DNA of 64,000 nt from a virus. Position 1 is the stretch's first letter. Every line of letters starts with the position of its first letter. This document shows positions 1-9,250 of the stretch, piece after piece. A program made the translations under genes and the position numbers. Location of the stretch: positions 32,001 to 96,000 of the IMG/VR virus record IMGVR_UViG_3300020601_000007. One strand, given 5' to 3'. The notes beneath the pieces were generated by a model. That model did no database searches, was not told the origin of the DNA, and saw nothing but the letters and a program-made list of their open reading frames with translations.

Positions 1-36
1 GTCCACAGCGGAAGTGGATTGTTTTTGGGAGCAACC

Positions 37-489
37 ATGCAGACCTACACCTATTACCTGACAATTGAAGTTGAAGCGATGAATGATGAATCAGCCGAAA
101 ACAAACTCGAAGGGCTGTTGAAAGGGCTTGATTTGAAGAAAAACAAGCACCTGACCCTGACGAGCCTCGAATTGGATGACGGCGGCGAGGGCGAAGGAGA
201 CACCGGAGACGAGGAAGAAGAGGAGTCCTCTCCGACCACCAAAAAAGAGCGCCCCCCTATCCGCCTGCCCAAAGGAAAGGGCTCCGCAAAGTGGGACGAT
301 GAATTTGAGGATGCTGATTGGGACGAACTCGATGAAGAAAAGAAGGAGAAAGTCAAGGTCAGCGCAGAAGAACTTGCCAGTGACGATGATGACTGGGAGT
401 GGGAAGACGACGACTGGGATGCTGAGGAAGACGATGATGAAGACGATGATGAAGACGACGACATCAGCGGGCTCCTGAAGGGTCTTTGA
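37..489 (+). CDS. Hypothetical protein with a very acidic D/E/W-rich C-terminus
   Basis: ATG at 37 in frame with ORF 19..489; long D/E tracts (DDDWEWEDDDWDAEEDDDEDDDEDDD); stop overlaps the next start. Confidence 0.75.
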   Translation: MQTYTYYLTIEVEAMNDESAENKLEGLLKGLDLKKNKHLTLTSLELDDGGEGEGDTGDEEEEESSPTTKKERPPIRLPKGKGSAKWDDEFEDADWDELDEEKKEKVKVSAEELASDDDDWEWEDDDWDAEEDDDEDDDEDDDISGLLKGL

Positions 490-725
490 TGTATTCCGCT
501 GACGACCCGTGGGGAGAAAACGCTCTTCTCCGGGCGGATGAGCCGCCGCTCAAAGCCCATGCTATTCTGTGCGCAATTTCTGCCTTTGTTTTCGGGATTT
601 ATTTTCTGCTGAGTGTTTTCGTTGACGGTGCTCAAGTGGGGCAGGTTGGGTGGCTTTTGCTGACCGTGTATTTCGTTTGGCGTAGCATCACGTATTTCCA
701 AGAACTGAATGCTGATTTGGATTAA
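486..725 (+). CDS. Small membrane protein (2 predicted TM helices)
   Basis: Two hydrophobic stretches; coupled to the upstream stop. Confidence 0.65.
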   Translation: MMYSADDPWGENALLRADEPPLKAHAILCAISAFVFGIYFLLSVFVDGAQVGQVGWLLLTVYFVWRSITYFQELNADLD

Positions 726-755
726 CCCTTTATCCGAAGAGGTATTGCGTAATCC

Positions 756-1010
756 ATGGAAGACGATTCGTTGTTCCGTGTTAAGGGGCACCCACTCCAG
801 TGTAAGCACCGCCCGTTGAGCGATGCCGAGGCAGCGCTTTTGCTCAGGGAAGAGGGAATTGAATTGAGTCAAATCCCTCCAATTTTCGCAGACGACCCCG
901 CTTTGGAGTCAATTCGTGTCCCGGTAGGGACTGTAATCGAGGTGACACGGCCTGAAGTCTTCGGATTTCCCGAGCACAGGTATTATCGTCGCATTGTCAT
1001 TGGATGGTGA
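756..1010 (+). CDS. rpo5: RNA polymerase subunit Rpo5 (RpoH / Rpb5 C-terminal domain)
   Basis: HPLQCKHRPLS...LL...I...QIPPI...DDPAL...GTVIEVTR...YYRRIV matches the Rpo5 pattern; 84 aa like the archaeal subunit; TATA-like CCTTTAT at about 727-733. Confidence 0.9.
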   Translation: MEDDSLFRVKGHPLQCKHRPLSDAEAALLLREEGIELSQIPPIFADDPALESIRVPVGTVIEVTRPEVFGFPEHRYYRRIVIGW

Positions 1011-1011
1011 T

Positions 1012-1455
1012 GTGAAGTTGGAGATATGGACGGACGGGTCGTGCTACAAGAGCGACAGCACGGATGCGATTGGCGATGCAGGCTCCGGTATCGTCTGCAT
1101 TGATGCTGACAATGACAAAATCCTGTTCCTCTTGGGAGAATACATCGGAGTGGAGTCGAACAACTACGCAGAATACCGAGCAATCGAACTTGGCCTTGAA
1201 GAGGTGAACCGCCGATATGAGGTGGACGAGTCCTTTGAAATTGAAGTCGTTTCCGACTCAAAATTGGCAGTCAATACCCTCTCTGGAAATTGGAAGACCG
1301 ATAAGCCACACTTGAGAGAAATCATGGCCCGCATTCAAGAAATTGAAGCAGACATGGGAGTCATTCTTCAATATTCGTGGGTCAAAGCCCACATCGGGAT
1401 TCACTACAACGAACTGGCCGACTATCTGGCATACAACGCTGCGAGGGGAGATTGA
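1012..1455 (+). CDS. rnhA: Ribonuclease HI
   Basis: WTDGSC, SNNYAEYRA, VVSDSKL, WVKAHIGIHYNELAD give the D-E-D-D catalytic set; GTG start at 1012 follows a GGTGA RBS. Confidence 0.93.
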   Translation: MKLEIWTDGSCYKSDSTDAIGDAGSGIVCIDADNDKILFLLGEYIGVESNNYAEYRAIELGLEEVNRRYEVDESFEIEVVSDSKLAVNTLSGNWKTDKPHLREIMARIQEIEADMGVILQYSWVKAHIGIHYNELADYLAYNAARGD

Positions 1456-4400
1456 TGGTTATCATGGAGCCGGAAGAGGACTCGCTGCGAGTCAGCAAAT
1501 TCTTCTGGTTCCTTCCGTATGCAGAAATCAAGGATACCGTGGAGCGAGGCCGTGGTCAACGGGTTTTTTCTTTCGACCAACGCTTTGTGCCCAGTGACAA
1601 ATTTTCAGCAGCAAAGTGGTTTTACACAGACGAAGCCGCTGGCCTGAGGGCTCAATCTGACCACATGGTCATGGTGTCTGTTCAAAACAAGACCTTCGAG
1701 CCAACTGTCAACACGCCTGTGAAGCCGGATGACTATTTGGACGCTGACATTTTCCACACAGGAGAAGAAACCGAATACCCCGGATACATCATCGAAGCAT
1801 TTGAGGCTGAACTCCGCTTCTTCGTCGTCGACAACTTCTCCATGTTCTCGAAGGTTCATGAGTGGCATTCCCTTGACATGGGCTTCCTGAGCCCTGAAGA
1901 GGTTCTGGCGATGTCCAAGGTCAAAGTCACAGACCCTGAGATTTACAACGAGGATGCCGAGCGCTCACCACGAAGGAACGGTCCAGAGGACATTCGGATG
2001 GGAACCTTCGAGAAGGACACCGCCTGCGGAACCTGCCAAAAAACATGGAAGAACAATTTCCTTCAGTCGTGCCCCGGTCACTTTGGACATATCTCACTGG
2101 AGGTCCCGATTCCCAACTGGATGTTCATTGGCGGTGACAAGGAGCCGCTATCGGCGTCCCCGCTGTTGTATGCCCTCAACAGCACTTGTATGCATTGTAG
2201 TGGTCTCCTGATTGCCAAGAAGGAGAATTTGGAACTGCTGGAGGAAAAGGTCACAGCCGTGCGAGAAAGCAACCTGCTGAACACCGCAGGATACGACATC
2301 ATCCGAAAAACGGTGAAAATGCTCATCAATGTGGAGCACAGTGCGCGCTGGAGCGAGGCTGGGCTCAAAAAGAAGGATGTCCCTAAGAACATCACATGCC
2401 CGCACTGTGAGCAAGTCTCTCCTCAACTCACGTTCCATTTGTCGTATTCTGCTGGGCAACAGTTCGTATTTGCGCCGAAGGAAGGTGCTTATGACCCTGA
2501 GAAAGACGAAATGGTGTATTATCCGTATAAGCAGGTCCACGATTGGCTGCAAGACATCAGCGAAAAAGACGCCTCAATGCTCGGCTTTTCTTCTGGCTCT
2601 CGTCCTGCTGACATGTTTTTCACAAACCTACCTGTTATCCCAGTGGTAGCACGACCACCTGCGTCAACGCCCAGTGGGGGGCTCGTCCCCAATGACCTCA
2701 GCGACCTTTATTCCAACGTGGTCAAAATCAACAACCGAATCAAGCGGGACCGCGCCGCCGCCTCGCAGGTTGAGCGGTTGAGCAAGAAATTGTTTCAGGC
2801 AGTCAGCCAGTTGTTGACAGGACAGAAGTCCTCCATCGGTTCCGGCGGCATGAGGACAGCCTTGACGAAGGCTGGGCTTGCTCCACAGAACCTTCGTGGT
2901 TTGTTCGACCGAATCACAGGGGTTGGCCGCCAGAAAAACACCATGCGGCGCAACCACCAAGGGAAAGTGAACGAGGGCGTTGCGTATTCGGTCATCACGC
3001 CTGACCCCTCGTTGGAAATCAACGAAGTCGGCGTTCCGTATCCAGTCTGTCTTGAATTGACCATCGAAGAGGAAGTGACTGAAAGCAACATCGAGTTCCT
3101 CCGTCAATGCGTGCTCAACGGCAAGCAAACCGCCATCAGGAAGGGCCAGAAATACAAGGACATCGACCCTTCTCGATACCCCGGAGCACATTACCTTCGA
3201 CCCCCATCGAGCAGTGGCTATGACCTCGGTTTCGAGGACGTGCCAGAGCGATACCGAGCCAGCACACGGCGGGTCGTGAGCGCTGAAGTCCAAATCGGGG
3301 CAAAGGTCAAGCGAAACATCATCGCTGGGGACATCATTCTTTTCACACGCGCACCGGCCCTGCACCGTCAAAACATGATTGCGTTCAAAGTGGTTCCGAG
3401 CAAGAGCCGAAGCCTTTCATTCAATCCGTCCGTGTGCATACCGTTCAACGCAGATTACGACGGAGATGCCATGCGTATGTTCGTTCCACAAACCAAGGAA
3501 GCCATTGAAGAGGCACGCACAACCATGATGCCATCACACCAGATGTTGCACACACGATACGGACGGACGTTCCTCACGTTCGACCAAGACGAAATCAGCG
3601 GTTCGTATTTGCTCACATTCAAAAACAAAGAAGCCGAAGGTGGAATCCATCCAGACAAAAGGAATGGCTGGGGCTTTGACGAGGATGGCTATCCCATCCT
3701 TTCTCGGAATCGCGTCCTCAACCTGCTCTCACGGGCGTTCACACGCACAGACGACGGCCTTGATTACATGACTCAGTTGCCCAACCCGATTTCCAAGGGG
3801 CCTTACAAGGGGTGCTATCGTGGACGAGACATTGTCTCAATGTTTATCCCTGATGGAATCAACGCAGAATACAAGGCCAAGGACGGGGAAACGAACGTTG
3901 TGATTGAAGACGGAATCGTCAAAGAGGGCGTTCTGGATGAGAAGTTCTTTGGAACAAAATCAGGAGTCCTCGCTGCTGCATTCGTTTATCGCTTTGGCTG
4001 GGACGAGGGACATCGACAGTTGGAACGGATGACCAACCTTCTGTCTCGGGTTGTTTTCGCAGCGCACATGGAATACGGTTTCTCTCTGGGCATCACTGAT
4101 ATTTCATTCAAGGGACGGCAGGCTGAGTGGATTGGCGACCCCATCCTCGGAGGACCGGTAGGGAGGTTTTACGACGGAATTGACGAGAAGTTCGAGGAGG
4201 TCAACGAACGGGTCTCTGAAGTTGAGCGCTTGTTCCGTTCTCGCCGTTTGAATGAAATCGAGGGTATCACCGAAGCAGACCTCAAAACCGCTCTCAAGGA
4301 CCCTGTTCTGGCAAAAGAGCAGGTCATTGGACGAATCACCAAGGAATACGAGGACTACGCACAGAAAAGTGTTCTGGATGAGCAGCCAAGCACAAACGCC

Positions 4401-6212
4401 ATGAACATCACAGTGAACTCAGGGGGGCGTGGAAACAAAAGCCAACTTCAGCAGATGACTGCGGTTTATGGTCAACATCAACTGACAGGCGAAGGGCGCC
4501 CTCGCCACGGCATCAACCCGGACAGGACACTCGCCCACTTCAAGGGAGGACAGGTTATTGTCCCAGCAGATGCGGGTGATGAGGACGCCTTCTTTGACAT
4601 GGATGGGAATTTGGTCAAACTTGTCGTCCACCCGATTGAGCCGAATGCAAAGTCTCAGGGGCTTGTCAGCCAGTGTTATGCTCGTGGTCTTGACCCAGCC
4701 GGATATTGGTTCGCTTCGACCGCAGGGCGGCGCAAACTGATGGAGTCTTCGCAGGGTGGAATCCAGAAATCGGGATACATGGAGCACAAAATGAAGCGTG
4801 CCATGGAGAACCTCATGGTCGATGAAAAGCAGCGTGTGATTGACATTCGTTCAGGCAACATCGTTTCTTTTGCTGTGGGCGGCGATGGCCTTCGGCCATA
4901 CCGAGCACGAGGCCCAGATGATGACAAAGGAGAGGGTCTTGACTTCCAACCACTGCTTCTCGACCACCAATGTATTCACGACAGGTCCCTTTATGACCAC
5001 TGCGAAACCTGTGCAAATGGACCTCAGTCCCGGCTGCAATTCGATTTTTTGCCTCAAAACCTTGAGAAACGGATGTTAGAACTGTTTTCCGGCAGGAAAG
5101 TCGACCTCAAGACGGCTGCAAGCCTGAAGAAAGAAGCCAAGCGGTATTATCAAGAGTCCATCGTTCCGACTGGTGAAATGATTGGGTCCACAGCAGCAGC
5201 AAACCTTGGTGAGCCTGCAACACAAGCCGGGTTGCGAGCATTCCACGGTGGTGGAAAGGGAAGCGTCCCAACAGTCGACCGGCTGGTGCAATACCTTGAA
5301 CTCAAGCGAGCAGAACAACAGCAGCCTGTGACCACGGTTTATCTGAAAGACGAATACAACAACGAAGAAAACGCCAAGCGTCTGGCGAATTTCAGCACGG
5401 GCATCAGGCTCAGTGAAATCGTCAAGTCCGTGGAATACGACACGGAAAATTACCGCATCATTGTCAGTTTCAACGAGCAATACAGCGAACTCTTCACCAT
5501 TGATTTCGACTACGTCTACCACACCCTCAACAAGCAAATGAAGAAGTTCGGGAGGGAAATCATTGAGATGACAGCAGGAAACGATGTCATCATTCAATGT
5601 CACGGCGAATACCGAGACCTTTTGCTCGCGAAAGAGTCGCTATCAGCCATTCCAATTTCCGGAATCAGGGACTCAGGATTGGCTTTTGCTGTCCAGAACA
5701 ATGACAACGGACGTTGGGGTGTTGAATTGAAAGGCCCAATCAAGGGAAACGACGAAATCAAAATCCCCACCTTCTGGAAGGACATCGTTGGTGTTCTTGG
5801 GCCGTATTGCGACTTGAGCCTGACTGAGTTCAGTGATTCTTGGATGGTCTACAACATCATGGGACTTGAGGCTTCGCTGATGCATCTGACGCAGATGCTC
5901 TCACGACAAATGAACGGTGCACCCGGTGTGAGCGGCATTGGTCCGCTTGACTATCGCTACATTCGCACGATGACGGACTACATGGGCGTGTTTGGTCGCC
6001 CTGTCGGTCTTGGTGTGGCTGGTCACATGGTGAAATACAACCGTTCGGTTCTTGCTGCGATGGGTGGGGAGAATCCGTGGATGAGCATCATCCCCGGTGC
6101 AGCCGTAGGGAACAGCGACAAATTGCTCGGGCCTGTTGAGGCGGTTTCGTCAGGAAAGACGCTCAATGTTGGGCAGGTGTATCGAGAAAAGACTCAAGCA
6201 GATGATGTTTGA
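1455..6212 (+). CDS. rpo1: DNA-directed RNA polymerase largest subunit, fused Rpo1N+Rpo1C (A'+A''), highly divergent
   Basis: GFLSPEEV, CGTC...CPGHFGHI Zn site, RAPALHR, catalytic PFNADYDGDAM, bridge helix GLDPAGYWF...SGYMEHKM, trigger loop GEPATQAGLRAFH; ATG 1455 overlaps the RNase H stop and follows GAGGGGAG. Confidence 0.95.
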   Translation: MVIMEPEEDSLRVSKFFWFLPYAEIKDTVERGRGQRVFSFDQRFVPSDKFSAAKWFYTDEAAGLRAQSDHMVMVSVQNKTFEPTVNTPVKPDDYLDADIFHTGEETEYPGYIIEAFEAELRFFVVDNFSMFSKVHEWHSLDMGFLSPEEVLAMSKVKVTDPEIYNEDAERSPRRNGPEDIRMGTFEKDTACGTCQKTWKNNFLQSCPGHFGHISLEVPIPNWMFIGGDKEPLSASPLLYALNSTCMHCSGLLIAKKENLELLEEKVTAVRESNLLNTAGYDIIRKTVKMLINVEHSARWSEAGLKKKDVPKNITCPHCEQVSPQLTFHLSYSAGQQFVFAPKEGAYDPEKDEMVYYPYKQVHDWLQDISEKDASMLGFSSGSRPADMFFTNLPVIPVVARPPASTPSGGLVPNDLSDLYSNVVKINNRIKRDRAAASQVERLSKKLFQAVSQLLTGQKSSIGSGGMRTALTKAGLAPQNLRGLFDRITGVGRQKNTMRRNHQGKVNEGVAYSVITPDPSLEINEVGVPYPVCLELTIEEEVTESNIEFLRQCVLNGKQTAIRKGQKYKDIDPSRYPGAHYLRPPSSSGYDLGFEDVPERYRASTRRVVSAEVQIGAKVKRNIIAGDIILFTRAPALHRQNMIAFKVVPSKSRSLSFNPSVCIPFNADYDGDAMRMFVPQTKEAIEEARTTMMPSHQMLHTRYGRTFLTFDQDEISGSYLLTFKNKEAEGGIHPDKRNGWGFDEDGYPILSRNRVLNLLSRAFTRTDDGLDYMTQLPNPISKGPYKGCYRGRDIVSMFIPDGINAEYKAKDGETNVVIEDGIVKEGVLDEKFFGTKSGVLAAAFVYRFGWDEGHRQLERMTNLLSRVVFAAHMEYGFSLGITDISFKGRQAEWIGDPILGGPVGRFYDGIDEKFEEVNERVSEVERLFRSRRLNEIEGITEADLKTALKDPVLAKEQVIGRITKEYEDYAQKSVLDEQPSTNAMNITVNSGGRGNKSQLQQMTAVYGQHQLTGEGRPRHGINPDRTLAHFKGGQVIVPADAGDEDAFFDMDGNLVKLVVHPIEPNAKSQGLVSQCYARGLDPAGYWFASTAGRRKLMESSQGGIQKSGYMEHKMKRAMENLMVDEKQRVIDIRSGNIVSFAVGGDGLRPYRARGPDDDKGEGLDFQPLLLDHQCIHDRSLYDHCETCANGPQSRLQFDFLPQNLEKRMLELFSGRKVDLKTAASLKKEAKRYYQESIVPTGEMIGSTAAANLGEPATQAGLRAFHGGGKGSVPTVDRLVQYLELKRAEQQQPVTTVYLKDEYNNEENAKRLANFSTGIRLSEIVKSVEYDTENYRIIVSFNEQYSELFTIDFDYVYHTLNKQMKKFGREIIEMTAGNDVIIQCHGEYRDLLLAKESLSAIPISGIRDSGLAFAVQNNDNGRWGVELKGPIKGNDEIKIPTFWKDIVGVLGPYCDLSLTEFSDSWMVYNIMGLEASLMHLTQMLSRQMNGAPGVSGIGPLDYRYIRTMTDYMGVFGRPVGLGVAGHMVKYNRSVLAAMGGENPWMSIIPGAAVGNSDKLLGPVEAVSSGKTLNVGQVYREKTQADDV

Positions 6213-8916
6213 ATCCACTATCCAAGGTTCGGATGTCCCACCCCATCGCACGATAAATCGTTGACATGACGTTCTTGACGTGCCGCTGTGCGACTGCTTC
6301 GTAGTCGACGGTGTATTCTGCGATTTCTTCTGCTTCTCGGAAAGCGATGATGCCGTTCGTTGGGATTGGCGTCGGGCCGTCCTTCACAAAAATCCAAGAC
6401 ACAGAGTCGCCCTTCTGGATGTTCTCAGTGCTGTTTGGTGAAAGGTGCTCGTTATACCACAGGCTGATTGTCGAGGACCAATAATTGTCCACGTAGCAAG
6501 CATCCTCGTCCTTTCCTTCGTCTCCTGTTTTGGGGAGGGGGCAGACACCACAATCGCAATTGATTTCCAAGCCACGCCAGTCCAAATGATGTGGGAGGTG
6601 CTTACCGACCTTGACGTTGGCCTTCATCTGTGAGATGTCCTGCTGCCCGCTGACAATGCTCCGCACCAATTTCTTGACATCACGCTGTATCAGTCGCTCG
6701 GACTTCCCGTCAAACAGTTTCTTCAAGGTTTCAATCTGCACATCACGACCCACAGGAGCAGTGTTCGTTTGCTTTGCTTCCATGCCGCTCATTTTGATGC
6801 GGGCCCATGGGTCGGTGTTGATGTCGTAATCCAGCACCTTGAATCCCTTCTTGTCGTCCCACACCTTGCGCCCTGCGTATCGGTTCTTCTTGGCGATGAA
6901 ATACCGGTCCATGATGACCTCAAGGTCAACCACAACAGCGTCGGATTGAAGTTTTTCTTGAATGCTTTCCGTCAAGAGTGTGCAGACGCGCTCAGATTCT
7001 TCCAGAACCTGCTCCTTGGTCCATTCTGATGGCATCGTGACGAAAATCGAATCAGTGTGACCGAACACCACTCGGTGACCCTCCTTCTCAGCGAGGTCTT
7101 TGATGAACAGCAGCGAGTCCCTTCCACCTTTGGTGATGGTTGCAGCAACGTCTCGGTCATACCAACTGAATTTGTCAAAGGCCATGATACCGTAAAAGGA
7201 TGCACGAAGACGCTTGACGTTCAATTGCATGGTGTTCCACTTGAGGGCACCCTTCTTGTCGCCATTGGCTTCTGCCTCCTTGAGAAGCGCTTTGTATTCA
7301 TCACGCTTCTTGTCAAGGTCGAGAACGATGCGTGGAAGCACACCCATAGGGCTGCGACGGAAGCGAACACCGTTGTGTCCAATGATGTCATCCGGCAGGT
7401 GTTCCATCCCGGGACGAACCTTGGTGCTGGAACAGGTGTTTTGCGAAACCATCATTGAGGGGTAAAGGCCAGCGAAGTCTTTGATGACAGTCCAATCGTG
7501 CAGACCGACAGAATCAGTGTAGACATCGTAGTCATCTGGCTCTCGTTCCTGAGGTTCTTTTTCTGGGTTCATCACGATGGCACCTCGCAGTTTCTCTTCC
7601 TCGTCTTCATCATCCTGCTGCTCCTCATTCCACCCCGGTGTTTCGCTCTTCCAGTCGGCGTAGCGCTCGAATTGAGTGCGAGCGAGATAGGTTGCATAGA
7701 AGGTGGATTTGAACTGACAACCAGCAAAGGCCTGCATGGACTTGAAGGAATTGATGACGTTGTATGCGTTGTCAATTTCAACCAGCAATTCGACGTCACG
7801 GATGTTGTATTGAAGGAACTCGTCCCAGTCCTTGTCGTAGTCCTTGGAGAAGAAGTCGGGGCTCGGTTGCTTCCCTCGTCCAAAGAGTGTTTGGGCAACG
7901 GTTTCCAAGCGATTCCCGGGCAGTTCGTTGTTTGTGCTGTCCTTATACAGACGACGGAAGGCCACCATCATGTCCAGCGTGTCGATTCCTCGGATAGGCT
8001 GGTATTGCCACTTGTATTCTCGGCCACCTTTGAAGGACGGTGGGTCGACGATACCGTATGGTGAAAGAACAGCACCACCGAACACCTGTCGGCGGAATAG
8101 ACCGTTCTCGCACTGACCCGCCATGCTGTTCATTGGGTGCGGGATGTCCAGTGATTCCATGCGATGATACAGAACAGGGAAGTCGTATCCAGCACTGTTC
8201 CACCCTGTGAGAACATCGAAGTCCATGGAAAAGACCCAATCAGCAAAGTGCGTGAGCATTTCCCGCTCGGTAGCGAAGCGGTATTCAAAGCCCCATTCAT
8301 GCTTGGTGTTCTGACGCTCCCACTTTGGGTGGCAGGCAAAGGCAGTGTATTGCTTGGTGAAATTGGAATACACCACGATGGAGTTCACCATTTGATTGTC
8401 CTGCCAGATGTTCAGCCGGGTGTTTTCCAACCAGTCCATTTTGTCTGGGTCGTCACCACGGAATTGGAGTGCTTCGATGTCAAAATACCCCACATGGTAG
8501 TCGGAGTCGTGCGATTCAAGGTCGAGTTTCTGGTCAATGACGACAGCGTCCTCCTGTGGGAGGTCAGCCCCATACACAGGCCCGTAATTGTTGAGGAAAT
8601 AGCGCACCTTCGCAGACGTGTAGCATTCGACACGATACAGCGGCTGCTTGTCCTCGGTCTGTCCGTCTTGAACAAAGGAATGAATCTCCTCATTGTTCTT
8701 GAAATATGCAAGCACTTGGTCAGTCGTCTCGAAGTCGATACCGCGCCCGTTGCGAAGCAAACGGAAGGTCTTGGGAGACATGAAGAAGCGAGGGTATTGG
8801 TCATAGAAATCCACCTTTCGGCAACCGTCCTCACGGTATCGCACTGCAACACGATGTCCGTCAGTCGGGCGTCCTTTCCACCCCGGCGATTGTTCACAGA
8901 TGCTGATGTTGGTCAT
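6163..8916 (-). CDS. polB: Family B DNA polymerase with 3'-5' exonuclease
   Basis: ExoI YFDIE, ExoII GWNSAGYDFP, ExoIII YNIRDV, motif A DFAGLYPS, motif B KRLRASFYG, motif C FGHTDS, KKNRYAG; ATG 8916 follows GAGGAGG. Confidence 0.96.
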   Translation of the reverse strand: MTNISICEQSPGWKGRPTDGHRVAVRYREDGCRKVDFYDQYPRFFMSPKTFRLLRNGRGIDFETTDQVLAYFKNNEEIHSFVQDGQTEDKQPLYRVECYTSAKVRYFLNNYGPVYGADLPQEDAVVIDQKLDLESHDSDYHVGYFDIEALQFRGDDPDKMDWLENTRLNIWQDNQMVNSIVVYSNFTKQYTAFACHPKWERQNTKHEWGFEYRFATEREMLTHFADWVFSMDFDVLTGWNSAGYDFPVLYHRMESLDIPHPMNSMAGQCENGLFRRQVFGGAVLSPYGIVDPPSFKGGREYKWQYQPIRGIDTLDMMVAFRRLYKDSTNNELPGNRLETVAQTLFGRGKQPSPDFFSKDYDKDWDEFLQYNIRDVELLVEIDNAYNVINSFKSMQAFAGCQFKSTFYATYLARTQFERYADWKSETPGWNEEQQDDEDEEEKLRGAIVMNPEKEPQEREPDDYDVYTDSVGLHDWTVIKDFAGLYPSMMVSQNTCSSTKVRPGMEHLPDDIIGHNGVRFRRSPMGVLPRIVLDLDKKRDEYKALLKEAEANGDKKGALKWNTMQLNVKRLRASFYGIMAFDKFSWYDRDVAATITKGGRDSLLFIKDLAEKEGHRVVFGHTDSIFVTMPSEWTKEQVLEESERVCTLLTESIQEKLQSDAVVVDLEVIMDRYFIAKKNRYAGRKVWDDKKGFKVLDYDINTDPWARIKMSGMEAKQTNTAPVGRDVQIETLKKLFDGKSERLIQRDVKKLVRSIVSGQQDISQMKANVKVGKHLPHHLDWRGLEINCDCGVCPLPKTGDEGKDEDACYVDNYWSSTISLWYNEHLSPNSTENIQKGDSVSWIFVKDGPTPIPTNGIIAFREAEEIAEYTVDYEAVAQRHVKNVMSTIYRAMGWDIRTLDSGFKHHLLESFLDTPAQH

Positions 8917-9116
8917 TTTGAAACCTCCTCGCCACTCGGTAGCGAAGCACCCGTGAATCGCCACTCATGAGCAGTCACCTTGAGGTTTTTGAGGAACAGC
9001 AACTCCAAAGCCTCACCGAGGTGCTTTTTGCAGACGTGAACAGTGGATACCAAATGGGTTTTGCCCTCAGTGACGGCTGGGTCGCCACAAAAATCGCACT
9101 TGGGGAAAAAGGTCAT
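8913..9116 (-). CDS. Small Zn-finger protein
   Basis: CDFC...CKKH; ATGA-coupled to polB. Confidence 0.65.
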   Translation of the reverse strand: MTFFPKCDFCGDPAVTEGKTHLVSTVHVCKKHLGEALELLFLKNLKVTAHEWRFTGASLPSGEEVSK

Positions 9117-9250
9117 TTCTTCCCCTCCCTCTTGTAATAGGCGTCGGCCTCACGCAATTGCTTGAGGAACCATTTCTGCACCTCAGATGATGCTTTCGGG
9201 TCGTGGTATCCTGCACGCAATTTTGCCAAGTCGTATTTTTGCTTCTTCAT
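9113..9250 (-). CDS. Small hypothetical protein (45 aa, not in the ORF track)
   Basis: MKKQKYDLAKLRAGYHDPK...; AGGTGA RBS; overlaps both neighbours by 4 nt. Confidence 0.55.
   Translation of the reverse strand: MKKQKYDLAKLRAGYHDPKASSEVQKWFLKQLREADAYYKREGKK

Noticed and set aside
54-872. Poly-Ser ORF on the minus strand
   Set aside because: Antisense shadow of the acidic protein
1455-8916. Inteins in Rpo1 or PolB
   Set aside because: No C/S...HN splice junctions or LAGLIDADG motifs noticed; lengths fit without inteins
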